This document shows positions 9,181 through 17,625 of a stretch of DNA of 64,000 bases, one piece after another. The notes beneath the pieces were generated by a model. It was not told where the DNA came from. It saw only the letters and a program-made list of their open reading frames with translations, and did not search any database. Each line of letters opens with the position of its first letter. Position 1 is the first letter of the stretch. Source of the DNA: a virus; the IMG/VR virus record IMGVR_UViG_3300050014_000619, one strand, 5' to 3'. Made by a program: the position numbers and the translations under genes.

Positions 9181-11622
9181 ATGTCAAACAGATCAAACAT
9201 AAATATCACTGGTAGTGCCGTAACTGGTGAAAATATTGGCGGTGGAATTAGCATATTCGCAGGTAAAACTTGTGGAACAAACATGCAATTCAAATCAATT
9301 TTTGCAACAGGTAGCTTATCTGTAATTAGTGGTGCAACAAGTCTGACTCTTCATGGGTCTGCATCAGGTGATACTGTAATAACTGGTGCTACAAATGGTT
9401 TAAGTACTTTTGGTACATTCATTGGTGGCTTAAATGTTGGTTTAGGTGGTACGTTAACTGGTGACACAATTTTTGATGGTACAGCATCAAAATTTCATTT
9501 ACAATATGCTGGCGATTATAGTTCAAACTTTACGGCACGTAGTATTCCAGACGTTGGTTGGGTAACTGGTAATACGGGCGGTGGTACAATAACTGGTGCA
9601 ACAAATGGCTTAAGTACTTCAGGTGCAAATATTGCTTTAGGTGGTGAATTGACTGGTGATACTACAATTGGCGGTGGTGGTGGTTTATATGGTTTACATC
9701 TTGGTGGTGCAAGTATGTTAAGTGGATTAACTGCTTGTGTGTTATCTTGTATTAATTTTCAAACAGCAAGTAATCAAAGTATATGTATTGCTCCTTCTGG
9801 CATGTATATCTTGGATAATCTTAATAATAAAGGTTTTGAATATGTTAGTGATTATGATGCTAATTTTACATGTCGTTCACTTGTTGATGCTCAATATGTA
9901 ACAGGTAAGACATCACAAGCAGATTGTGCAATAGCAATAGCACCTGTTGCAATAACTGGTGCAACAAATGGTTTAAGTAAAACAGATTGTCATAATGTTG
10001 GTCTTGGTGGTTGTTTATGCTGTAGTACAACAATTGATTTATTTGGAAATATACTCACAATATGTGGAGTACCCGGTTCTGCATTCATTCAATTAGATGA
10101 CCCGACAACTTCTGCATGTTTTGGCACTAATGTTGCTGGTTCTTCTACAGAACTTAGAAATGATATATATAACCTTAGTTTTTCACTTGCTGGTGGTGCA
10201 ACATTTAGTGATTGTAATTGTGTTGGTTTATGTTATGCTGGTGATTATAGTGCAAATTACCAATGTTTATCAATACCTAATGCTGGGTGGGTAACAGGTA
10301 ATACGGGTGGCGGTACAATAACTGGTGGAACAAATGGTTTACATGTGGAGGGAAAAAATATTACATTAGGTGGTGCATTAACAGGTGACACAGCATTAAC
10401 AGGTGTGTTTACATTAAATATTTGTAATGGTGCTCAATTAAACACAACATATGGTTATCAAATTAGTGGACAAACAATATTAAGAACATCTTCACAAAGT
10501 ATAAATAATTTATTTATTGGTAATGGTGCGGGTTCAACCGCAATTAATTTTGGCGATTTGAACATTGCAATTGGTATTCAAACATTACAATCAACTACAG
10601 ATGGTACTGGTAATATTGCAATTGGTACAACAGTAATGCCATTAAATACAGTTGGTGGTAATAACATTGCAATTGGTTCAAATTTATTATATCAAAACAC
10701 ATCTGGTAACACCAATATTGCTATTGGTAATCAAACAATGTTTCTGAATACAGTTGGTAGTAGTAACCTTGCAATGGGACAGAATGCAATGTATAGTAAT
10801 ATGACTGGTTCATTTAATATTGCTTTGGGTGATACTGCATTATATTGTAACGTGAATGGTGATAATAACATTGCAATTGGATGTCGTGCTGGTTATTTAT
10901 CAAGCGGTAGTTCAAATATTTTTATTGGTAAATGTGCTGGCTATTCTGAAGGTGGTTCAAATAAATTATACATTAGTAATTCATCTACTGCTCGTCCGTT
11001 GATTCATGGTGACTTTAGTGCAAAATGTATAACAATTAACGGTCAATTAGCAATAACTGGCGTAACGACCTGCAATACTGCTAACACCGCATTAATATGG
11101 AATTCTGGTACATCAGTAGTACACGGATTTCCAATAATTGATGAGTGGGTGGGTTCAGAGGTTGAATTACTTTTTGCTGGACAAAAATTTGCATATCCCA
11201 CACAAACAATTATGCAAACCGATGTAAGCACATGCATTACAATACCAAATTATATTCAGATTTGTAACATTAACCTACAGAACGTTGGTGATACTGCAAT
11301 ATTTACAATACCAAGTGGTAAAACCGCATTACTTAATCGTGCTAAACTGATTATTTTAAATAATGCATCACCAACATGTTTTTCTATAAGTATTGGAAAC
11401 AATGCATGTATACCAGTACCTAATTGCTCATATAATAATTTAGCAAACTTACAGCAAATCAGTGATGTATTACAAAATGAAACATATGAATTGGATTTAA
11501 GCACAAGACATCAAGCCGTTCCTGCGACTTCTGGCTCAACGGTATTCTTCCGTGTGGGAAGCGGTTCAACAAGTATATGTAATTTATGTGCGCATTTATT
11601 AATTGAAGGATTTGTTTATTAA
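9181..11622 (+). CDS. Tail fibre/adhesin with YadA-head-like 14-aa NIAIG repeats
   Basis: Four ITG.TNGL modules; about 10 NIAIG-type repeats at ~10510-10940 followed by NKLYISNS..PLIHGDF. Confidence 0.7.
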   Translation: MSNRSNINITGSAVTGENIGGGISIFAGKTCGTNMQFKSIFATGSLSVISGATSLTLHGSASGDTVITGATNGLSTFGTFIGGLNVGLGGTLTGDTIFDGTASKFHLQYAGDYSSNFTARSIPDVGWVTGNTGGGTITGATNGLSTSGANIALGGELTGDTTIGGGGGLYGLHLGGASMLSGLTACVLSCINFQTASNQSICIAPSGMYILDNLNNKGFEYVSDYDANFTCRSLVDAQYVTGKTSQADCAIAIAPVAITGATNGLSKTDCHNVGLGGCLCCSTTIDLFGNILTICGVPGSAFIQLDDPTTSACFGTNVAGSSTELRNDIYNLSFSLAGGATFSDCNCVGLCYAGDYSANYQCLSIPNAGWVTGNTGGGTITGGTNGLHVEGKNITLGGALTGDTALTGVFTLNICNGAQLNTTYGYQISGQTILRTSSQSINNLFIGNGAGSTAINFGDLNIAIGIQTLQSTTDGTGNIAIGTTVMPLNTVGGNNIAIGSNLLYQNTSGNTNIAIGNQTMFLNTVGSSNLAMGQNAMYSNMTGSFNIALGDTALYCNVNGDNNIAIGCRAGYLSSGSSNIFIGKCAGYSEGGSNKLYISNSSTARPLIHGDFSAKCITINGQLAITGVTTCNTANTALIWNSGTSVVHGFPIIDEWVGSEVELLFAGQKFAYPTQTIMQTDVSTCITIPNYIQICNINLQNVGDTAIFTIPSGKTALLNRAKLIILNNASPTCFSISIGNNACIPVPNCSYNNLANLQQISDVLQNETYELDLSTRHQAVPATSGSTVFFRVGSGSTSICNLCAHLLIEGFVY

Positions 11623-11631
11623 GAATTTTAT

Positions 11632-13941
11632 ATGATAGTCAATAACGGTAGAATATTAGGAAATGGTGGTAGAATATTTAGGGCACAAATCGTTCAGTCA
11701 TTTGTTCAACTTGATTCACCATATAATAACAATGTACTTTTTACTCTTAGTGGTGTAACTGGAGCTAATCCATTTCACCTATATCATGAAACGCCTACGG
11801 GTTTAACAATATATACATATACCACTGATGGTAGTTATAATGTATTTTTTGGTGCAACTGGCGAATATAGTTTTAAAGAATTTTATTTTGCTGGTGATGT
11901 AACTTCACTTAGATCACTTGAATTTTATAATCAATATGTCGGTTATGGCTTTGCATATAAAGGAGATTTAAGGAGATTATTAGATCAATTTCCGAATTTG
12001 CGTTCATTGAAAATGAATCAAACAAATAATACTTCATATAATTATTCACAATTTAATCAGGACATGGGCGGGACAACGTTTCCACAAAATATTGATATAT
12101 TCAGAATAGCCGATGGTACTATAACTGGTGACATTAATACAATGACAAATCTTGATAAGGTTAGTGATTTGGAATTAGTTCAACCACAATTTACTGGAAA
12201 TCTTGACAGTGGTTTTACAAATGTAATTAGACTATCCTTAGATTATTTAAATTATCTTAATGGTAATATTAATACTATTTTTACGAATAATCCAAATTTA
12301 AACCACTTAAATTTAACCCAATGTCCATTAATGGTTTGTAGTGCAACAACTTTGGATGTTCAGAGACTAAATTATTTATATCTGTACTTAATAAGTATGC
12401 CAAACGTAACAGGCAATATTAGCGGTTGGACATTTAATACTGGCTTAACGACACTTAGTATATATAATAACCCATATGTTGAAGGCGATTTAACTAATTG
12501 GAATATTGGTAATACCAAACTAAATTATTTCTTTATATATGATAATCAAAGTAGTTTTCCATTAAATACTAAATTCACTGGAAGCCTTTCTGGATGGACG
12601 TTGCCAAGCACACTTACTGATTTTTCATTATATTTTTCAAGTGGTATAACATCAGTACCAATAAGTTTTAGCGGTTGTAGTAATCTTACTTCAATTACAT
12701 TTTATTCAATGATTAGTGCAAATCAAGATATTAATGATTTTAAATTTAACAATCATCTTCAAAATCTCAGTATATATAATTTTTATGGAAAAGCAAAACT
12801 TTATGGAAATCTTAATACGGTTATGCTACCAACAAGTTTAGCTTCATTTTATATTCAAAATTCAAAAATAACTGGAGATATAGCATTAATAATATTTAGC
12901 GGTAGTACTAATCTTCAACAGGTTGATTTAAGCCAAAATTATCTTACTGGTAACGTGGTTGATATGTTCATTCCAAATACAATGAATTATTTTATTGTAG
13001 GCGGTAACACAGGTATGACAGCGAATTTTAGCAATACGCCATTTGTAAGCGGTAATACTGTTGGAGTTTTTCATACAAAAAATCTTACTCAATTAAATTT
13101 TAGTAATTTGAGTGGAATAACTGGTAATTTATCAAATTTTATTGTTGATAATCCATTTGGTCAGTTATATATAAATAGCAATAGTAATTTTAATTGTGAT
13201 TTATCCAAACTGGATTTAACTAAAGTACAATTTTTTAATGCGGTTCAATGTCCGAATCTATATGGCGATTTAACCAACTGGCTTACTGGTACAACTGCAC
13301 TTTATGAATTGGATTTAAGTAATGACTCTATGCTTTCTGGTGATACAACTGGTTGGAATGTGAATGGAATTAGCTCAATGAGAATCGAGTATACGAATTT
13401 AAGTGGTAAATTAAAATTAAATAATGTAAATTGGTTAATAGCAAACAACACTAAAATAAGCAGTAATATTGAAACAGATTTTAATTTTAGTAATCAAGGA
13501 TATTATGTTGATTTACATAACTGTGGTTACGTAACAGGAAATTTATCGGGTGTAACATTAGGTCATTTACAATATCAATTTGTTCTTGCAAATTGTACTG
13601 GCATTACTGGCTCAAATAGCTTTATTAATTATTTATTTATTAATAGAAAAAATTTCGGACAAAATGCATTATATGTTGATCTACAAAACACTGGAGAAGC
13701 AGTTACTGGTGGAACAAAAATGCTTGGTGACACAGGGACATTTCCAATTGGCACTGGTGGTACTGATCAATGGAATTTAACAGAATCTCAGGTTAATTTC
13801 TTAGTTGCTGGTCTTGATTATACTGGCACTGGCACAAGTATACCTTGGACAAATGGACAAAAAGCATATTGGATGGAAAATGCTGCAATTAGTAGTATTA
13901 ACTATAATCGAAGATACATATACTATCAAATATATTATTAA
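11632..13941 (+). CDS. Leucine-rich-repeat protein, putative receptor-binding protein
   Basis: Recurring LxxLxLxxN...(T/S)G(N/D)(L/I)xxW units; located in the tail-fibre cluster. Confidence 0.65.
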   Translation: MIVNNGRILGNGGRIFRAQIVQSFVQLDSPYNNNVLFTLSGVTGANPFHLYHETPTGLTIYTYTTDGSYNVFFGATGEYSFKEFYFAGDVTSLRSLEFYNQYVGYGFAYKGDLRRLLDQFPNLRSLKMNQTNNTSYNYSQFNQDMGGTTFPQNIDIFRIADGTITGDINTMTNLDKVSDLELVQPQFTGNLDSGFTNVIRLSLDYLNYLNGNINTIFTNNPNLNHLNLTQCPLMVCSATTLDVQRLNYLYLYLISMPNVTGNISGWTFNTGLTTLSIYNNPYVEGDLTNWNIGNTKLNYFFIYDNQSSFPLNTKFTGSLSGWTLPSTLTDFSLYFSSGITSVPISFSGCSNLTSITFYSMISANQDINDFKFNNHLQNLSIYNFYGKAKLYGNLNTVMLPTSLASFYIQNSKITGDIALIIFSGSTNLQQVDLSQNYLTGNVVDMFIPNTMNYFIVGGNTGMTANFSNTPFVSGNTVGVFHTKNLTQLNFSNLSGITGNLSNFIVDNPFGQLYINSNSNFNCDLSKLDLTKVQFFNAVQCPNLYGDLTNWLTGTTALYELDLSNDSMLSGDTTGWNVNGISSMRIEYTNLSGKLKLNNVNWLIANNTKISSNIETDFNFSNQGYYVDLHNCGYVTGNLSGVTLGHLQYQFVLANCTGITGSNSFINYLFINRKNFGQNALYVDLQNTGEAVTGGTKMLGDTGTFPIGTGGTDQWNLTESQVNFLVAGLDYTGTGTSIPWTNGQKAYWMENAAISSINYNRRYIYYQIYY

Positions 13942-13988
13942 CGGGCAATAATTGAAAATTAATTAGTATTTATGATAAATGAACAGAT

Positions 13989-14237
13989 ATGAGTGATTTC
14001 AATAACTTTAATGATAGTATCAAATTTTATAATCCTGAACCATATATATTAATCAGTGGTATAACAGGAGATACAAGATATACTGGTATTTCATTAATCT
14101 TTGGCGACACAAGTAAGCCAACGTGGAGAATAAAAAAGGAATGGGTAAGTGGGAATGTTAAATTAATGGGTTTTCCGAATGGTGATCAGTCGTATTCATA
14201 TATTTGGAACAGTGGTGGAACATACACTTATTATTAA
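13989..14237 (+). CDS. Small putative virion protein
   Basis: Own GTATTTAT motif; tandem paralogue of 14262. Confidence 0.6.
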   Translation: MSDFNNFNDSIKFYNPEPYILISGITGDTRYTGISLIFGDTSKPTWRIKKEWVSGNVKLMGFPNGDQSYSYIWNSGGTYTYY

Positions 14238-14261
14238 TATTTTTATTTAAAAACTACAACA

Positions 14262-14522
14262 ATGAGCGATTTTAATAATTTTAACGACAGTTATAATGGT
14301 CAACCACCAGCAGCAATTGAGCCGATTATGTTGGTTGATCAATTTTCACCCGGTGAGATATACATTGGAATTTCTGTAAATGGAAATGACGGTGCAGCAC
14401 CTGTTTGGAAAATAAAAAAGATTCTGCTTGATGGCACTGTGTGGAAATTTCAATTTCCTAACGGTGATCAATCATATTCTTTTGTTTGGGATGACAGAAT
14501 TAGTGGATATACATATCAATAA
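14262..14522 (+). CDS. Small putative virion protein
   Basis: MSDFNNFNDS..W(K/R)IKK..FPNGDQSYS shared with 13989. Confidence 0.6.
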   Translation: MSDFNNFNDSYNGQPPAAIEPIMLVDQFSPGEIYIGISVNGNDGAAPVWKIKKILLDGTVWKFQFPNGDQSYSFVWDDRISGYTYQ

Positions 14523-14548
14523 CCTGCTGTTATTTAAAAGATAATATT

Positions 14549-14579
14549 AAAAAGGATGAATTTATTTTCATCCTTTTTT
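14549..14579 (+). terminator. Rho-independent terminator
   Basis: AAAGGATGAA/TTCATCCTTT stem plus T-tract. Confidence 0.75.
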
Positions 14580-14612
14580 GTTTATAACCGATATTTAATT
14601 AGCTATTGTTTA

Positions 14613-14620
14613 GTATTTAT
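14613..14620 (+). promoter_or_regulatory. Putative late promoter GTATTTAT
   Basis: Between terminator and start 14636. Confidence 0.65.
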
Positions 14621-14635
14621 TAAAAATGGTATAAT

Positions 14636-15895
14636 ATGTCAACATTCGCAATAGATTTAATTACAGGCAAACAGTTTCTATTCAACGAAACTTTTATTAA
14701 TAGCGGTACTACTGTCTTTTCAGGTATTACTTCAGGAAATAACGGCTTAAGCTGTGGTGCTCCATTTCAACTTAAGCTCGGTGGTACATTAACTTGTTCT
14801 ACAGTATTAACCAGAGGCGTTGGAAACACTGCAGGTGTTGAATATGGTGGAGATTATTCTGCAAGTTATAGCAGCCGTTCTTTGGTGGATAAGGGGTATG
14901 CAGATACCAAATTAAAAATATCTGTATTTACTGGCTACAGTGCCAGCACATTAGTTAACATTAATACCAGAGCATTAAAAACAAGCATTGCAACATACAC
15001 TGGTACTACAGCAGTAGCAACTTATGTCTTAAAATCAAGTATCAATACTTATACTGGTACGACAGCACCGAATTTATATGTTTGTAAAACTAATTTCAAT
15101 ACATATACTGGTGCAACTCATACTTGTATGGACAGACATGCTTATTTAAGCGGTGCAACATTTACAGGTGTAGTTCGTGGTGTAACTCCTGCAATAAATG
15201 ATAACACCACATGTTTTGCAACAACAGCATATTACATTGGTCAGGCAGGTACTGCAAATCCACTTATGAATGCTGGTGTTTGTGTGGGTACATCAAATTT
15301 ATTTGCACGTCAAGATCACGTACATCCAAAAGACAGTACAAAATTATCACTGAGTGGTGGTACAATGACAGGTGCATTAGTAATCGATTCAAATCTTACA
15401 GTAACTGGTACAACTATTCTTCGTGGAACAACTTGTTTAGGAACTCCAGCAGCAGGTAGTATTGTAACAGATAGAACATTATTTTGGAATCCTACTACAT
15501 GTGCAGTTCATGCAGTTCATTTAACTGGTGGTAGTGATTCATATTTTTATACAGAAAAAACAACTACTGCAACTATTGCTGCAGGAGTTACAGTAACACC
15601 ATATTTATCAGGAACACCTTGGACTTTTCTCGCTGGTAGATATGAAATTTATTTTAACGCACAATTTGGTAATAGTGCTGCTGGTGGTACTTGCCTACAA
15701 TTTTTGTGTGACAATACAATAATTGGTACTCGTTATTTAAATGGTGGACAAACAGGAGGTTGGGTGTCAAGTGCATCATTATCAAGGGACGTTACAATGA
15801 CAGCAGGTTGTCACTGTTTAGAAATTAGATTTTCTCGTGATGCAAACACAGCATGTGTAACATATGGTATGATTAGAGCAAAGAGAATTTGTTAA
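14636..15895 (+). CDS. Tail-fibre-like protein
   Basis: Shared module; 18-aa TYTGTTA repeats; fibre motifs ATTAY, FARQDHVHP, LSLSGGTMTGAL. Confidence 0.7.
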   Translation: MSTFAIDLITGKQFLFNETFINSGTTVFSGITSGNNGLSCGAPFQLKLGGTLTCSTVLTRGVGNTAGVEYGGDYSASYSSRSLVDKGYADTKLKISVFTGYSASTLVNINTRALKTSIATYTGTTAVATYVLKSSINTYTGTTAPNLYVCKTNFNTYTGATHTCMDRHAYLSGATFTGVVRGVTPAINDNTTCFATTAYYIGQAGTANPLMNAGVCVGTSNLFARQDHVHPKDSTKLSLSGGTMTGALVIDSNLTVTGTTILRGTTCLGTPAAGSIVTDRTLFWNPTTCAVHAVHLTGGSDSYFYTEKTTTATIAAGVTVTPYLSGTPWTFLAGRYEIYFNAQFGNSAAGGTCLQFLCDNTIIGTRYLNGGQTGGWVSSASLSRDVTMTAGCHCLEIRFSRDANTACVTYGMIRAKRIC

Positions 15896-15921
15896 TATAG
15901 TATTTATATAAAAATATTATC

Positions 15922-16368
15922 ATGGGTGAGTTTTTTAATACAATTTTTGGAGAATATAGTACAGTTCAATTATTGGGATATTTGTGGTTCTTTGTTATTG
16001 GATATATTATTTATTTTTTAACCGAAGTAAGTGGTAGGGATGTTCATAGCTCACACACACCAATTAAATGGAGTTGGAAATTCTGGTTTTTTGATAACTG
16101 GCGCAGATATTTAGCAACAATTTTATGTACATATATACTTTTTAGATTTTATATTGAAATAAATGGTCATCCGTTCGGTAATTTTGATGCGGTTACATTG
16201 GGTCTTCTTGGTGATGGAATTGCAGCAACCGCTAAGAGAAGAATTGGTGGAATTGGTGGAGATCGAGATGAATTAATGAGAGAATATCATACAGATGAAT
16301 TCAGATCAGATCAAAAACAAATTGTAGATGAAGTTAAAGCTAATAGTAAAGAAGAACAAACAACATAA
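15922..16368 (+). CDS. Membrane protein, possible holin
   Basis: 2-3 hydrophobic segments and a charged C-terminal tail; no endolysin recognised nearby. Confidence 0.4.
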   Translation: MGEFFNTIFGEYSTVQLLGYLWFFVIGYIIYFLTEVSGRDVHSSHTPIKWSWKFWFFDNWRRYLATILCTYILFRFYIEINGHPFGNFDAVTLGLLGDGIAATAKRRIGGIGGDRDELMREYHTDEFRSDQKQIVDEVKANSKEEQTT

Positions 16369-16370
16369 TT

Positions 16371-16790
16371 ATGAATTATAGTACATTTGATATTAACAAT
16401 TTTTTTATTAAGAAAGACAGTACACTTCCCGAATTAGAATATCCACTTGTTCAACAAGTAATGGAAATGTATAATATTACGGAAGATATGCTTGAAAATG
16501 TAGCTGTTACATTTTCTATGATCGATGCTCAAACTGGTTTATATCGCATTGCAAACGTACCCGCAAGTCTTGTTATTAGAAATGACAGACCAGCTTTTCC
16601 TGCAGATGAAAAATATACCTTCACATATAGATTTACATTAAGAGATACAAAAAAAGCTGGTAGATACAATGCAGAATTTGTCATCGATTTTTTAGGTGAG
16701 CAAATTGGTTGCGGAAAAATTAAATTACCTGTAAATGGTTATATCAATGTATTAATAAGTGATTCAATTACTAAAACCACTGTCGTCTAA
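16371..16790 (+). CDS. Ig-like structural protein (BppU N-terminal-like)
   Basis: FFIKKDSTLP..VTFSM..Y.F...DT.KAGRY.AEF pattern. Confidence 0.5.
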   Translation: MNYSTFDINNFFIKKDSTLPELEYPLVQQVMEMYNITEDMLENVAVTFSMIDAQTGLYRIANVPASLVIRNDRPAFPADEKYTFTYRFTLRDTKKAGRYNAEFVIDFLGEQIGCGKIKLPVNGYINVLISDSITKTTVV

Positions 16791-17530
16791 CCAATTAACA
16801 TATGTGAACATATTGTATCAAGCCAATTCTTTTTAAATGCAGCAGAATAAGCACTAACTGATTTTTTTTGAAATTCATATCTTGTATTATACTTAAGTGC
16901 TTCGGTTTGACATTTTTCAATACTCCAATAACCAGTAGGTTTTTGAGTTTTAATCATGTGTGTTGTAATTATATCAAGCCAATTATTTTTTAGTGCCGAA
17001 TTATATGCAGAACCAGAGGTTTTTTCAAATTTATATTTCGTATTGTATTTTAATGCTTCTTCTTTACATTTTTCAAAAGTCCAATATATCTTATTTCCAC
17101 CTAAAGCACCAGTTTTTGCTTTATTTAAAAGTTTCCATCCATTTGTTTTATAATTATTATACCAATAATTTTCTAATATTTTTGCTTCATCAATATCGAC
17201 AAATTCATTAACTAATATTTTATGCGTTGGTATTATGTTAGTTTTTAAAATGTGTTTATAAACAGGACTTTTAATATCGGTTATATGTTCCCAATTTCTT
17301 TTTATAATATTATATGTTAAACCAACATATACATAATTATCTGAAAATTCATATGAATATATTAATTTTTTATGTTGATTACCCAAAGGTATCATATGTG
17401 TACATATTTCATTTAAAAAATTTTTTCTTCTTGCTGTTTGATATGCTGAACTTGATTGATTTTTAAAATCAATTTTCGTTATATATTTTAATGCTTCTTT
17501 TTTGCATGTTTCAAAATTCCATTTATTCAT
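16787..17530 (-). mobile_element. GIY-YIG homing endonuclease with W..E.C..EALKY repeats
   Basis: IYSYEF..VYVGLT..R..EH, LLNKAKTG; three WxxExCxxEALKY repeats; own GTATTTAT on the minus strand. Confidence 0.8.
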
Positions 17531-17547
17531 AGCAGATACAATTTATT

Positions 17548-17555
17548 ATAAATAC
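17548..17555 (-). promoter_or_regulatory. Putative late promoter GTATTTAT (minus strand)
   Basis: ATAAATAC 17 nt before minus-strand start 17530. Confidence 0.65.
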
Positions 17556-17576
17556 AGGGATATGTTTTAATAATCG

Positions 17577-17607
17577 TTGCAATTGAATTATTTATTATAT
17601 ATATTTG
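17577..17607 (+). promoter_or_regulatory. Bacteroidota sigmaA-type promoter (-33/-7)
   Basis: TTG-N20-TATATTTG upstream of the helicase. Confidence 0.7.
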
Positions 17608-17625
17608 TAAAAATTTTAAAATTTT

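Noticed and set aside
747-15895. Diversity-generating retroelement acting on fibres
   Set aside because: No reverse transcriptase in the window; repeats are in-frame protein modules with mostly synonymous, not adenine-specific, differences
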